From a virus: a stretch of DNA of 64,000 nucleotides. The DNA lies in IMG/VR virus record IMGVR_UViG_3300027908_000004. The stretch is one strand, 5' to 3'. The notes beneath the pieces are model-generated. The model did not search any database, was not told the origin of the DNA, and saw nothing but the letters and a program-made list of their open reading frames with translations. The position numbers and the translations under genes were made by a program. Shown here in pieces: positions 15,257 to 25,004 of the stretch (the stretch's first letter is position 1; the number at the start of each line of letters is the position of its first letter).

Positions 15257-16678
15257 GTGTCAGTAAGCTTATCAGCAGTACAGGAAAACCTGATTTGTCT
15301 GCTCGCCTACGACGACAAGCATTGTGGTTCTATCCGCAACCTGGTTGAGGTTGAGTGGTGGGGTGGCCCATTCCGTGAAATTGCACGGCGCATCTATGAG
15401 TATGTAGACCGCTACAAGAGAGCTCCAAAAGATCACATAGCTGATCTTATGGCTGATAAGTTGGATTCAAAAAAGGGCAGTGAATCCACCCTTTACACTG
15501 ACATCCTGACCAGCATTAGAGACCAGCGAGAAATGGTCAATGCTGAGTATGCAATGAGCCAGCTAGGGCTCTACATCAAACGCCAGTCACTCCGTTCAGT
15601 GGCCATTGATCTAGCCAAAGCCCTTCAACGGGACACCGATGAATCCCTTGAAGAGGCAGAACGTCTAATCAAGACGGCCACGGTTCAGGCAGCAACCGTG
15701 TTTGATCCTGGGCTTCGGTTGTCCGATAAGGACAGAGTACTTGAATTCCTGGACCAGGGCACAAGCTGCTTCCCCACCGGGATACCAGAGTTTGATAAAC
15801 GGGGGTTTGGGCCAACCCGGAAAGAACTGTGGCTTTACATAGCTGCGGCAAAACGCGGCAAGACCTGGATGCTGATCCAATTGGCCAAGATGGCCATCGT
15901 GCACAGACTTCGGGTTGTGCACATAACCCTTGAAATGTCTGAAGATAGATCGGCACAGCGCTACATGCAGGCCCTGTTTGCCATGTCCAAGCGGCCCGAC
16001 AAGGCCATTGTCACCAAGTTTGAACGGGATCAGCTAGGTCGCCTTACCGGCTTTGACGAAGCTGAAGTCTACCCCAAACTGTCACTGGGTGACCCTGATA
16101 TTCGTGAGAAACTGGAGCAGAAAATTGACCAATTTGGATCCCGGCTTCTTAGTAATATATTTGTCAAGCAGTTTCCTACTGGGTCTCTTACTGTCAGGCA
16201 ATTGGAAGGCTACTTGGATAGCCTTAATTCTTCTGAGTGTTTTGTACCTGATCTGCTCATCGTTGACTACCCTGATTTGATGAAGCTGGACAAGGACAAT
16301 TATCGGCTTGCCATAGATGCGGTCTACAAGGACCTTCGAGGCATTGCGGTAGAGCGCAACTTGGCATTAGCCGTGGTCAGCCAAGGCAATCGCTTATCCG
16401 AGAAAGCCAAGAACGTAGGAAGCGGCCATGTGGCCGAGGCATGGAGCAAAATAGCCCATGCTGATTGCATCATTACCTACAACCAGACGGAATCCGAGAG
16501 AAGCATGGGTTTGGCTAGGCTGTATGTTGCAGGCGGTCGAAATGATGAAGATAAGATAACCCTTTGCATATCGCAAAACTATGCACTTGGGTCCTTCGTG
16601 GTCGACTCAATATTGATGTCGGCTAGCAATTATTGGCCGAATCTTCCAAACGGAGATCAAGAAAATGAGGATGCGTAA
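15257..16678 (+). CDS. dnaB: DnaB-like replicative DNA helicase
   Basis: Walker A AAAKRGKTW and Walker B LLIVDYPDL in the C-terminal RecA-like half. The N-terminal domain is the length seen in DnaB. GTG start. Confidence 0.8.
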   Translation: MSVSLSAVQENLICLLAYDDKHCGSIRNLVEVEWWGGPFREIARRIYEYVDRYKRAPKDHIADLMADKLDSKKGSESTLYTDILTSIRDQREMVNAEYAMSQLGLYIKRQSLRSVAIDLAKALQRDTDESLEEAERLIKTATVQAATVFDPGLRLSDKDRVLEFLDQGTSCFPTGIPEFDKRGFGPTRKELWLYIAAAKRGKTWMLIQLAKMAIVHRLRVVHITLEMSEDRSAQRYMQALFAMSKRPDKAIVTKFERDQLGRLTGFDEAEVYPKLSLGDPDIREKLEQKIDQFGSRLLSNIFVKQFPTGSLTVRQLEGYLDSLNSSECFVPDLLIVDYPDLMKLDKDNYRLAIDAVYKDLRGIAVERNLALAVVSQGNRLSEKAKNVGSGHVAEAWSKIAHADCIITYNQTESERSMGLARLYVAGGRNDEDKITLCISQNYALGSFVVDSILMSASNYWPNLPNGDQENEDA

Positions 16679-16853
16679 ACAGCTAGTTACCCAACCAGTA
16701 CGCAGACCAAATGACTATTTCAGATTGCGGTATTATTGGCTAAACGAGCTTTGCTGGCTCAGGGCCAAATGCCGCAATGGCACCGCGTCTAAGGGGGACG
16801 TGAAAATAGTTCAGAAAGAGCTAGTACGGTTAAGGCATGAGGAGAGGCTTTGA
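16665..16853 (+). CDS. hypothetical basic protein (62 aa)
   Basis: ORF track entry. Overlaps its neighbours by 14 nt and 4 nt. Confidence 0.45.
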   Translation: MRMRKQLVTQPVRRPNDYFRLRYYWLNELCWLRAKCRNGTASKGDVKIVQKELVRLRHEERL

Positions 16854-17095
16854 TGACGGGGCACGAGATTAACAATTACTGGCTTCCGGCTAGAAAAGTA
16901 GTGTGGGGTGGGGAACCAGAAGGACATTGGTATGAAGCCTCACAGAAGCTAGCTGCGCTGCTTGGCATCTCATACCCCACACTCAATTACACGGCTGACT
17001 TTGTTTTGACTGATAAGATAAAACATCAACTCGAGCTGATAAAAGGCCCAAACGGTAAAACCGTGGTGAAAATACTAGAGGCGAGGCAGAAATGA
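16850..17095 (+). CDS. GPNG-tail family, YW-PAR subtype
   Basis: NNYWLPARKVV. LAALLGISYP. Tail LIKGPNGKTVVKILEARQK. Confidence 0.65.
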   Translation: MMTGHEINNYWLPARKVVWGGEPEGHWYEASQKLAALLGISYPTLNYTADFVLTDKIKHQLELIKGPNGKTVVKILEARQK

Positions 17096-17388
17096 CCCGT
17101 GAACAGTTGATAAAATATTGGAATCCTGCCCGTTCGGCAGTATTTGGCAGAATAGTAGAAGAGGAAGATCGTTACCAAGCTACGTTACAGTTAGCTTCTT
17201 TGTTGGGGGTCTACTATCCGAGACCGGAATATTGGCACGAGGTTCCGTTTACCCAGGAATTGAAGCGTAGTTTGGAATTGATCGTGTCTTCAAACGGTCA
17301 CACAATCATAAAAATGCTGGAGGTGAAACGTGGCCACTCTGTGGAAAAGGGCACTTCCGCAACAGTATCGCATGATGCGGATTGTTAG
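17092..17388 (+). CDS. GPNG-tail family, YW-PAR subtype
   Basis: IKYWNPARSAV. LASLLGVYYP. Tail LIVSSNGHTIIKMLEVKRG. Confidence 0.6.
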   Translation: MTREQLIKYWNPARSAVFGRIVEEEDRYQATLQLASLLGVYYPRPEYWHEVPFTQELKRSLELIVSSNGHTIIKMLEVKRGHSVEKGTSATVSHDADC

Positions 17389-17782
17389 GGGTGCGGTTTT
17401 AAATGCGGCCCATGCCCACGGTTTGCCACCCTCTAAAGGGTTTGCTAACAGTGTGGCTAAACGGGCTATAGGAACACTGACCGGCCAATGGCCGGAAGTG
17501 TTGGCGGCGGCTCACCACCGTCGCCAATTGGGCCAGAGCAAAAGGACCGACTTGCGTGGCCTCATGGCATCTTATCTCCGCTTAGATGCTGTGAAAGGGG
17601 GCCGCCTCAGGTATGTAAGGCGGTCCCCACTTGTTCAGTGTTGGAAGTTTATGTCGGCCCAAATGACCTTCATCAAGCACAACGGCTCTTCTGAGGAATA
17701 TGAAATGATGCAGCGGGTGCTGCGGTTGCTAGATCAGGCTCAGAAAGAATATGAAACCTTTCACGGAAAGGAAGCAAAATGA
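17330..17782 (+). CDS. hypothetical basic protein (150 aa)
   Basis: GTG 17330 is preceded by GGAGGTG. Alternative ATG start at 17372. Confidence 0.5.
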   Translation: MATLWKRALPQQYRMMRIVRGAVLNAAHAHGLPPSKGFANSVAKRAIGTLTGQWPEVLAAAHHRRQLGQSKRTDLRGLMASYLRLDAVKGGRLRYVRRSPLVQCWKFMSAQMTFIKHNGSSEEYEMMQRVLRLLDQAQKEYETFHGKEAK

Positions 17783-18006
17783 CCCACCAAGAAGCTTGTC
17801 AATATTGGTTTCCAGCTAGAGATAATGTTGGGGCGTCTGATGTTAGGGGGTCCAGAGACCTAGCAAAATTGCTTGGATACAAGTATCCGGTGGCTGGATA
17901 TCATGCTTGGATTAAACTGCCCCCAAATCTTAAAAACGTACTCAGAGGATTAGCAGGCCCTAACAAGGAATTTGTACTCAAGGTATTAGAGACACAACGC
18001 AAATGA
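17779..18006 (+). CDS. GPNG-tail family, YW-PAR subtype
   Basis: CQYWFPARDNV. LAKLLGYKYP. Tail LAGPNKEFVLKVLETQRK. Confidence 0.65.
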   Translation: MTHQEACQYWFPARDNVGASDVRGSRDLAKLLGYKYPVAGYHAWIKLPPNLKNVLRGLAGPNKEFVLKVLETQRK

Positions 18007-18278
18007 CCGATACAGAAAAGACCGTTTCCCGCACCAAGGCTGAAATCATCATTCAGATGACCAAAGAAGCCAAACAAATAGAACGCCGTACCGGGGCTAA
18101 GGCTTGTGTGGTGATTTGTTTCTTTGAAGAGGGTGAAGAAGCAGGCAAAAACATCACAGTCCAGGATGCCGGGCGCTTCCCAATGCCGCCAACTGAATTC
18201 TATGAGTTGATGGTACAAGCCCACAGTCAGGGTTTGCTAGATACAAAGCCTAAGTCCAAGATAATCAGGCCACACTAG
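18003..18278 (+). CDS. hypothetical protein (91 aa)
   Basis: ORF track entry. ATGA coupling. Confidence 0.5.
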   Translation: MTDTEKTVSRTKAEIIIQMTKEAKQIERRTGAKACVVICFFEEGEEAGKNITVQDAGRFPMPPTEFYELMVQAHSQGLLDTKPKSKIIRPH

Positions 18279-18473
18279 ATGACAAAGCATGAGCACGTAT
18301 GGGCTGATACGGGAAAAGAGGGGCATCACAACACCCCGTTTCCTGTGTGCTACGTGCGGTGTCAGATTTGCCAGCAAAACGGTTACCGCATCAGGCCCCC
18401 AGCACCGCCCCGATCACCTGATTTGGTCTATACGTGGCTTGATGAAGATCCGCCTGTTACCGAGCGTGGATGA
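18279..18473 (+). CDS. hypothetical protein with CxxxCxxC segment (64 aa)
   Basis: ORF track entry. Contains VCYVRCQICQQ. Confidence 0.45.
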   Translation: MTKHEHVWADTGKEGHHNTPFPVCYVRCQICQQNGYRIRPPAPPRSPDLVYTWLDEDPPVTERG

Positions 18474-20047
18474 TAAATCAGAAAACAGTAGACGCGTTCC
18501 TAGTCCGCAAGCTTGACAATCACGATTGGCTCAAGCGGCTGGGTAAGCGTGAACTGTTCGCTGAGTTAAAGGAAGAGCTGAAGCTCATTCCAAATTTCCA
18601 TAATTTGTGGACCCACCAGCTCGTCTGCTTCTTGCTCGTCACTTCCCTGAAACGCTTCATGCTTCATATTGACCTCGGCGGAGGCAAGACCCTCATCACC
18701 CTATACTCCATACTTCTGAGGAAGCTAAAAGGCGAAAAGCCCAAGGCCATTGTTTTTGTACCCTATGTCACCGCCGTGGATACCTGGATTCAGGAGTGTA
18801 AAAAACACACCCCAGATTTAAAATTGGTTCCTTTGATAGGCACCACAATTGAGAATCTGCGGCTGCTTGAGGAAGGGTCAGGTGATGTCTACGTTATTTG
18901 CTACGCCAGCAGTGTCGCAATGTTGGCGGAGAGTGCGCCAGGTCCAACCAGGCGCACTCGTAAAAAATGGACAATAGACCCAAAACGAACACGAAAGGTG
19001 TTCGCCGGGTTTGATACATTCGTGGCCGATGAGATACACAAGTGCAGCGATATTGGTACTCTGACCTACAAGATGTGCCGCACCATCAGCTATACCTGCG
19101 AGTACGGCATAGGCCTCTCAGGCACCCCGTTTGGCAAAGAAGTGGCTGACGTTTGGGCGCAGTTCTATTTGATAGATTTTGGTGCTACGTTGGGCGAAAC
19201 CAAGGGCTTGTTCCAGGAAGCGTTTTTCACTCAAAAGCTAAATTACTTTAGCGGCTTCAAAGAATACAAATTTGACACTTCTAAGTTGCCTATCCTGAAA
19301 CAGGCCATCAAACACAATTCCATCCACTATTCATCTAGTGAGATGCACGATTTACCGCCAAAGAACTATTTACGGATCAAATTGCCGCTTCCTACCGCTA
19401 TAGAGGGTTATGTCAGTGTTGCCGCAGCCAAGTTTATTGCTGCCTTGCGAAGCACTGACACGGCCAACCGTTTCAGGGTAGCCGAGGCCTCCTACCTGCA
19501 ACTGCGCCAACTAGCATCCGGTTTTATGACCGTGGACGGTCAAAATGACGCCAAAATTAAAGTGTCATTTGACAACAACCCAAAACTTGATCTTCTAGAA
19601 GAAAAGATCACTGCCATGCCGACGCAATCTAAGATGGTGGTGTTCCATCATTTTGTGCACACCAACACGTTGATAAGCGAACGGTTAACCAAGCTTAAGA
19701 TAGGACATGCCAGAGTTTGGTCAGGTCAAAAGAATCCAATGGAGGAACTAAGGAAGTTCAGAGATGAATACGATTGCCGGGTTCTGGTCCTTAATGACCA
19801 ATCAGGCTCAGCATCCTTAAATTTACAACACGCCAATTACATGTACTTCTTTGAACAACCTGATTCGCCCATAAATCGTCAACAAGGCGAGGGGCGCATC
19901 TGGAGGCCCGGTCAAACCAAACCGGTTTTCTATATAGACCCGGTTATGCAAGGAACCGTGGATGAACGCATTCTTAATGCGAACTTGCAAGGCAAGAAAC
20001 TGCTAGACGAACTACTGAAGGGTACGGTGAACTTACATGACAAATGA
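18470..20047 (+). CDS. SNF2-family (DEAD-like) helicase
   Basis: Motif I DLGGGKT, motif II VADEIHK, and a C-terminal helicase domain with QQGEGRIWRPGQ. Confidence 0.85.
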   Translation: MINQKTVDAFLVRKLDNHDWLKRLGKRELFAELKEELKLIPNFHNLWTHQLVCFLLVTSLKRFMLHIDLGGGKTLITLYSILLRKLKGEKPKAIVFVPYVTAVDTWIQECKKHTPDLKLVPLIGTTIENLRLLEEGSGDVYVICYASSVAMLAESAPGPTRRTRKKWTIDPKRTRKVFAGFDTFVADEIHKCSDIGTLTYKMCRTISYTCEYGIGLSGTPFGKEVADVWAQFYLIDFGATLGETKGLFQEAFFTQKLNYFSGFKEYKFDTSKLPILKQAIKHNSIHYSSSEMHDLPPKNYLRIKLPLPTAIEGYVSVAAAKFIAALRSTDTANRFRVAEASYLQLRQLASGFMTVDGQNDAKIKVSFDNNPKLDLLEEKITAMPTQSKMVVFHHFVHTNTLISERLTKLKIGHARVWSGQKNPMEELRKFRDEYDCRVLVLNDQSGSASLNLQHANYMYFFEQPDSPINRQQGEGRIWRPGQTKPVFYIDPVMQGTVDERILNANLQGKKLLDELLKGTVNLHDK

Positions 20048-21179
20048 AGTCAGACAAAACGTTGAGAATGAAAAACAAAAGATATGGGCAAATCTCTTCA
20101 AAATGCCCCACAGCACGTTCCAGGATACGGGGTTATACCAGCAAATTCATCAACAGTTTATTGCTGACAATCCTGGGGATATTTTCTTTGAGCGGGTTCT
20201 GGTGGCCCTTACCAAGAAGCCTGACACGTTCAGGGAAACGGTAATTGGGATAAAAAATCATCTGGCGGACGGCCGGGTGATAATGCCGCGTGAATTGCGT
20301 GAGGTTGCCATCTTTGGTTCGTACATGGGGCACAATGTGCTAATTTGGATTGATGCTCGGGAATACTCTGAGGCATTCAGGTTCCAGATTGACATTATCA
20401 CTCATCCTGATGCCACTGCCGCCCTCAAAAAGATCATTTGCAGTGATCTGGAGGCAGAAAGGCTTCCGGTGATCAAATGGTGGTACAAGGGGCGTCACGG
20501 TGAAGAAACCCGCGACTTCTACCTCCCGGTTGAAAAAACCGAATTGCTGCCTGAGTTCTACCCAGACCTTGGCAATCCAGTTACCTATCTGGATGAATAC
20601 ATGGACTCCAATGAAAGCATATTGCTCATTGCAGGCCCCCCAGGAACTGGCAAAACCACGCTATTGCGGCATCTGATTAGCCGGTACAAGCTGAGCGCCC
20701 ACGTTATCTACGACGAACGCCTGATGGATGCCGATGGCCCGTTTCAAAGCTTCTTGTTTGATGGTGAAATGTCACCCAGAGCCCCCTCAATTGACTATGA
20801 GGAAAGTGAAACTTCTGCCTCTAGCGTCATGATCATTGAGGATGCAGACACCATCCTGACCAGCCGAGAAAAGGACGGGAACAAGCTAATGTCCCGTTTC
20901 CTGAACATATCGGACGGTTTGATCAAGCTGCCTAACAAGAAGCTAGTGTTTACCACCAACGTCCTTGATTTTGGCAACGTAGACCATGCCCTGATAAGGC
21001 CGGGCCGGTGTTTTGGGGTCATGAAAACCCGAGAGCTCAATCTGACTGAGGCACAAGCTGTGGCACGAGCCGCTGACTTACCCATTCCAATGGAAAAGAA
21101 AGAATACTCATTGGCCGAGATCTTCAACAAAGGAAAGACGGCGCATGTCCGCAAAATCGGATTTGGAACAAGACATTGA
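20037..21179 (+). CDS. AAA+ ATPase
   Basis: Walker A IAGPPGTGKTT, Walker B VMIIEDAD, and RPGRC in the second region of homology. Confidence 0.75.
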   Translation: MTNEVRQNVENEKQKIWANLFKMPHSTFQDTGLYQQIHQQFIADNPGDIFFERVLVALTKKPDTFRETVIGIKNHLADGRVIMPRELREVAIFGSYMGHNVLIWIDAREYSEAFRFQIDIITHPDATAALKKIICSDLEAERLPVIKWWYKGRHGEETRDFYLPVEKTELLPEFYPDLGNPVTYLDEYMDSNESILLIAGPPGTGKTTLLRHLISRYKLSAHVIYDERLMDADGPFQSFLFDGEMSPRAPSIDYEESETSASSVMIIEDADTILTSREKDGNKLMSRFLNISDGLIKLPNKKLVFTTNVLDFGNVDHALIRPGRCFGVMKTRELNLTEAQAVARAADLPIPMEKKEYSLAEIFNKGKTAHVRKIGFGTRH

Positions 21180-21438
21180 AGATTTTGATTACACTATTCC
21201 TGTCCCCCCTGGGGTAACGGAAGCAATGCACTATTGGCAGGGCCTGTGGAGGGTGGCTGAGAGAAATGTGGGAAGTACTGCGGAATTAATGAGGATTCTA
21301 ACGATTACTCGATCCATTCCGTGGAAAATCTGGCTTTCATCGAAGTGTCTAAAACGGCGGGAACTTCTACGGAAATTGGGAAGCCACCATGGTGAGACAA
21401 TTTACAAGGCAATAAAGGCAGCCAATGGATACGATTGA
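21145..21438 (+). CDS. GPNG-tail family (diverged)
   Basis: MHYWQGLWRVA. Tail LGSHHGETIYKAIKAANG. Confidence 0.5.
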   Translation: MSAKSDLEQDIEDFDYTIPVPPGVTEAMHYWQGLWRVAERNVGSTAELMRILTITRSIPWKIWLSSKCLKRRELLRKLGSHHGETIYKAIKAANGYD

Positions 21439-21667
21439 AATCACTGATGTAAGGCACCCAGATTTTAAGAATTACTGGTATAAAGTATGGGGCGCTGCAT
21501 ATGCCAATGTTGGGTATCCGCGTGCGATACACTTGCTTGGGTACTCCGGGTATTTTGCTGACAACTGGAATCACGATCCAAAAGTAGTAAAGAGGTTATT
21601 ACAGTTTGCGGGTCCTCATGGCAAAACAATAGCCAGAGCCATTGAGGCAGCCAATGGATTGGATTAG
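21425..21667 (+). CDS. GPNG-tail family
   Basis: KNYWYKVWGAA. Tail FAGPHGKTIARAIEAANG. Confidence 0.6.
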   Translation: MDTIEITDVRHPDFKNYWYKVWGAAYANVGYPRAIHLLGYSGYFADNWNHDPKVVKRLLQFAGPHGKTIARAIEAANGLD

Positions 21668-22724
21668 GTTTCTAGACGAAAACAATATTCACTACGTTAC
21701 CCGATCTCAAAATACGAAAAAGGGCGAAGTTAGTGTCTGTTGCCCGATTTGTGCTGAGGATGACCCAAGCACTCACATGGGTATCAGCCTTGAATCTGAG
21801 AATTGGGGCTGCCTCAGGGATCAAAGCCATAGGGGCAAATCACCCCGCACCTTAATCAAGTACATCTTAGGTGTTTCTAGCCATGAAGCTGGGGCCATTG
21901 TCCGTCAATACAGCCACGCTGACCCGGACTCGCTAGAGGGGGCGTTAGCCTCACTTCTTGATAAAGGGGAGCCAGATTTGGCTGCACAAGCAAGCCGTCA
22001 ATCATGTGAACTGCAATTCAGGGATTTCAGCAAGATAACCCCCCGTGGGGTCACCAAGCGCTTCTTTCAGGCCTTAATTGATCGGGGCTACGATGACCCC
22101 TCAGAGCTTATCCGTAAGTATGACCTTAAGTGTGCTCTGACGGGCCGCTACAAGGATAGGATTATTATCCCGGTTACCCTCAATGGTGAATTATTGGGAT
22201 GGACCAGCAGGGCCATTGGCAATCCTATAAATGCCCCACGCTACTTGATGTCCGCAGACGAGGTAAAATCAACCATCCTTGATTATGACGAACTGAAGAA
22301 GGGCGGCGATAGGCTATTTGTCACCGAGGGGCCGTTTGACGCCATGCGGTTAGGAAGTACGACGGCTAAATTCACGTCTCCGCTTAGAGTAAAAGCCACC
22401 TGTACGTTTGGTACGTCTGTGACACCGAGCCAACTATGCCTTCTAAGGGGCCTAAAAAAGCAATTTAAGCAGGTTTATGTCCTGTTCGATAGGGGGGCTG
22501 AGGGGCCAGCCCAGCACCTAGCTGATTGGATAGGCAGTGAAATAGCTACGCTGCCCGGTGGGGTAAAAGATCCAGGTGAACTGGGTGAACAGTTCCTTCA
22601 GGGCATCTACAGGCCGGGCTTTGATGGCATCTTTTCCTATTGGTACAATGATATTCTAAGACAGCCGTATCCTTCAAAACGGGGGAATCGGCCTCTGGCC
22701 CCCTTGACTAGAAAAGGCCCCTAG
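21654..22724 (+). CDS. DNA primase (zinc finger plus TOPRIM)
   Basis: CCPICAEDDPSTHMG...GCLRDQSH zinc-binding region. TOPRIM-like FVTEGPFDAMRL and VLFDRGAEG. ATG 21654 chosen over the track's TTG 21642. Confidence 0.8.
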   Translation: MDWIRFLDENNIHYVTRSQNTKKGEVSVCCPICAEDDPSTHMGISLESENWGCLRDQSHRGKSPRTLIKYILGVSSHEAGAIVRQYSHADPDSLEGALASLLDKGEPDLAAQASRQSCELQFRDFSKITPRGVTKRFFQALIDRGYDDPSELIRKYDLKCALTGRYKDRIIIPVTLNGELLGWTSRAIGNPINAPRYLMSADEVKSTILDYDELKKGGDRLFVTEGPFDAMRLGSTTAKFTSPLRVKATCTFGTSVTPSQLCLLRGLKKQFKQVYVLFDRGAEGPAQHLADWIGSEIATLPGGVKDPGELGEQFLQGIYRPGFDGIFSYWYNDILRQPYPSKRGNRPLAPLTRKGP

Positions 22725-22731
22725 CCCAGAA

Positions 22732-23391
22732 ATGCCCTCCAACCTAAATTCTGAGGGCATCATGCACGACATTGAACGTGAATTAGTCGAAGCCACAGGA
22801 TATGAAGTCAAGCGCAAATTTGCCAATAGGCAAGATTACTTGGGTTCCATCCTCAACGCTGTCCTGAAATTGTCAAATGAAGACTTTGATGAGTTGACTG
22901 ATGAGGCCGCTGCGTGGGCTAATGCCGCAGTGGAAGCAAAAAATGCAAGAAGTCAGGAACTGCCTGACTTTGATGAAGTTGAACCTGATGATGGAGAGGG
23001 CGATGACGCTGCTGACGATGAGTCTGATTCTGCTGGGGGCGAGCCTGACGGGACTGATATTGACCCTGAGGCGCAACCGGAAGCGGTTGAAGTAGCACCA
23101 ACCAAAGCCAAGAAAGCCCCCAAACCCAAGAAAACAGAACCTGAGCTAGATGAAGAGGACGTTGTTCTGGACAAATGGGGCTCCATGGAAGGCAGCAAGA
23201 ACTCCCAGGCCTTGGCCATGTTTGAGAAGGGCGCTACCACCAAAGAGGTGAAGGACGCCATCGGGGGCACCTATTACAACATACTCAAGAAGGCGGTTGA
23301 GAAAGGCCACAAACTTGAGAAAGAGGGGTCGTTGCTGAAGTTAACCCATTCCAGCGATCTCGGTACTAAGCCAAAGAAAAAGGGTAAGTAA
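22732..23391 (+). CDS. acidic protein with D/E-rich linker (219 aa)
   Basis: ORF track entry. The central stretch EVEPDDGEGDDAADDESDSAGGEPDGTDIDPE is extremely acidic. Confidence 0.6.
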   Translation: MPSNLNSEGIMHDIERELVEATGYEVKRKFANRQDYLGSILNAVLKLSNEDFDELTDEAAAWANAAVEAKNARSQELPDFDEVEPDDGEGDDAADDESDSAGGEPDGTDIDPEAQPEAVEVAPTKAKKAPKPKKTEPELDEEDVVLDKWGSMEGSKNSQALAMFEKGATTKEVKDAIGGTYYNILKKAVEKGHKLEKEGSLLKLTHSSDLGTKPKKKGK

Positions 23392-23405
23392 ACTAGGAGA
23401 AGCAA

Positions 23406-23807
23406 ATGACTAAGACTATCACTATGCCTAAAATCGAAACTGAGAAACTGTTTCAGGATTTAAGCAAACCTTCGTTGCACGTACTGAGCTACGCTCTTAG
23501 GCACCCGGATACGTGGCCTGAGGGATTTAACTGGAATTTTGATAATTGCAGGGAGTGTGCAATGGGGCTCGCACATAGATTGTGGGCTTCAATCCCTGAA
23601 GCCAAAAACACCGCCACGTGCTCAACCGGCCCTTCAATAATGGGCCGCGCCTTCGCCATGCCGTATGAAACGGCCCGAGACATATTTATGGGCGAGGGGG
23701 AGTGGACCAGAACGGGCCTTATCTTCAAGACCCAAATTGACTTCAAAAAGGTCACACCTGAAATGGTGGCCGATCAGATCGACAAATACCTAGAGACAGT
23801 CGAGTAA
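23406..23807 (+). CDS. hypothetical protein (133 aa)
   Basis: ORF track entry. RBS AGGAGAAG upstream. Confidence 0.6.
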   Translation: MTKTITMPKIETEKLFQDLSKPSLHVLSYALRHPDTWPEGFNWNFDNCRECAMGLAHRLWASIPEAKNTATCSTGPSIMGRAFAMPYETARDIFMGEGEWTRTGLIFKTQIDFKKVTPEMVADQIDKYLETVE

Positions 23808-24706
23808 TGCTGTTCAAATCCTACGATAAGGCGAGTGGCAAAGTTTTAAAAACCACTCGCCCGCTCCTTATTACCCCCCAGCAAGCCTATGTTCGGCCAC
23901 AAATTGGTGACAAGGATTGGTGGGGGTCAACTACTACAATATGGCAAGTCGACGAATTTATAAAACGCCGTGTCAGGGATTGGCGCAGGCTGACCGGAGA
24001 AACAGGCCATGATGGTACCCGTAATGAGACGTTCAGGGCAGACCATGACAGCCTATACACCGGATCACACTCGGTTTTTCCAGCCCCACTGATGGAGATG
24101 ATCATTGCTAGATATGCAGGTGAAGTTGGTAGTACAATTCTGGATGCTTTCGCTGGAGGCCCACCGCGCGGCCTTGTCAGTGCTATCATGGGGCACCCCT
24201 ATCTGGGATTTGAGATCAGACAGGAACAAATTGACGAGAACAAAGCCCTACTTGATCGTCTCAAATTAAAGGGAGCCGAATATGTCTTGGGAGATGGTCG
24301 TTTTCTGGATACTGACCGCATGTTCGATGTGGGCATTACTTGCCCACCATATCATAACCTGGAAGTCTACAGCTCCCAACCTAATGACCTTAGCGCTTTT
24401 GCTACTTACAGCGAGTTCAACGCTAGTATGTGGTTATGTGCTAATGCTTACCGTCAGCGGATGAAGCCGGGAGCCTTTGTTTGCATCGTGGTGGGCCTGT
24501 TTCGCGACAAAAAGACGGGTGAGCTAATTGACTTTCCCGCACACACCGTGGAGAACTTCCGTGAAGCCGGTTTTATCTATTGGCAGCATATCATCCTATC
24601 TAAGAACTTTGCCTCTGCCGCAGTACGTGCGGGTACGAGCTGGGCGGGTAAAAAATTGGTTCCTAGACATGAGAATCTTCTCATATTTCGCGCACCTGAG
24701 AGCTAA
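23807..24706 (+). CDS. DNA methyltransferase (N6-adenine or N4-cytosine)
   Basis: Motif I ILDAFAGGPP is followed about 65 aa later by motif IV TCPPY. Target specificity cannot be called from sequence. Confidence 0.8.
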   Translation: MLFKSYDKASGKVLKTTRPLLITPQQAYVRPQIGDKDWWGSTTTIWQVDEFIKRRVRDWRRLTGETGHDGTRNETFRADHDSLYTGSHSVFPAPLMEMIIARYAGEVGSTILDAFAGGPPRGLVSAIMGHPYLGFEIRQEQIDENKALLDRLKLKGAEYVLGDGRFLDTDRMFDVGITCPPYHNLEVYSSQPNDLSAFATYSEFNASMWLCANAYRQRMKPGAFVCIVVGLFRDKKTGELIDFPAHTVENFREAGFIYWQHIILSKNFASAAVRAGTSWAGKKLVPRHENLLIFRAPES

Positions 24707-24755
24707 ACGGCGGCAGTTCTACTACGACCGTGTGAGGATAACCGTCAGCCTGAGA

Positions 24756-25004
24756 ATGCGCCCACGCAACTGGTCAGGGCTTAAACGGCATAAACCCGAC
24801 ATACCAGTATACAGCCTCAATAATGACATTGAAGATATGCGCATCTGGCTAGCTAACGATGCGTGGGGTCTGGATTTTTCAGTTGAAGGTAGGAAATATG
24901 GCATGAATTTTTGGGGAGAACTTATTCCATGGAGAAGAAAACTGCTTAAGACCGGCATCGAAGCAAGTCAGCACCCATCATGCCATCTATGGGGGAATCT
25001 GTGA
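24756..25004 (+). CDS. hypothetical protein (82 aa, uncertain)
   Basis: Distal part of track ORF 24528..25004, beginning after the methyltransferase stop. Its stop overlaps the GTG of the clamp gene (GTGA at 25001-25004). Confidence 0.35.
   Translation: MRPRNWSGLKRHKPDIPVYSLNNDIEDMRIWLANDAWGLDFSVEGRKYGMNFWGELIPWRRKLLKTGIEASQHPSCHLWGNL

Noticed and set aside
24528-24755. 5' part of track ORF 24528..25004
   Set aside because: It overlaps the 3' end of the methyltransferase gene in another frame. Only the portion after the methyltransferase stop (24756-25004) was kept, at low confidence.
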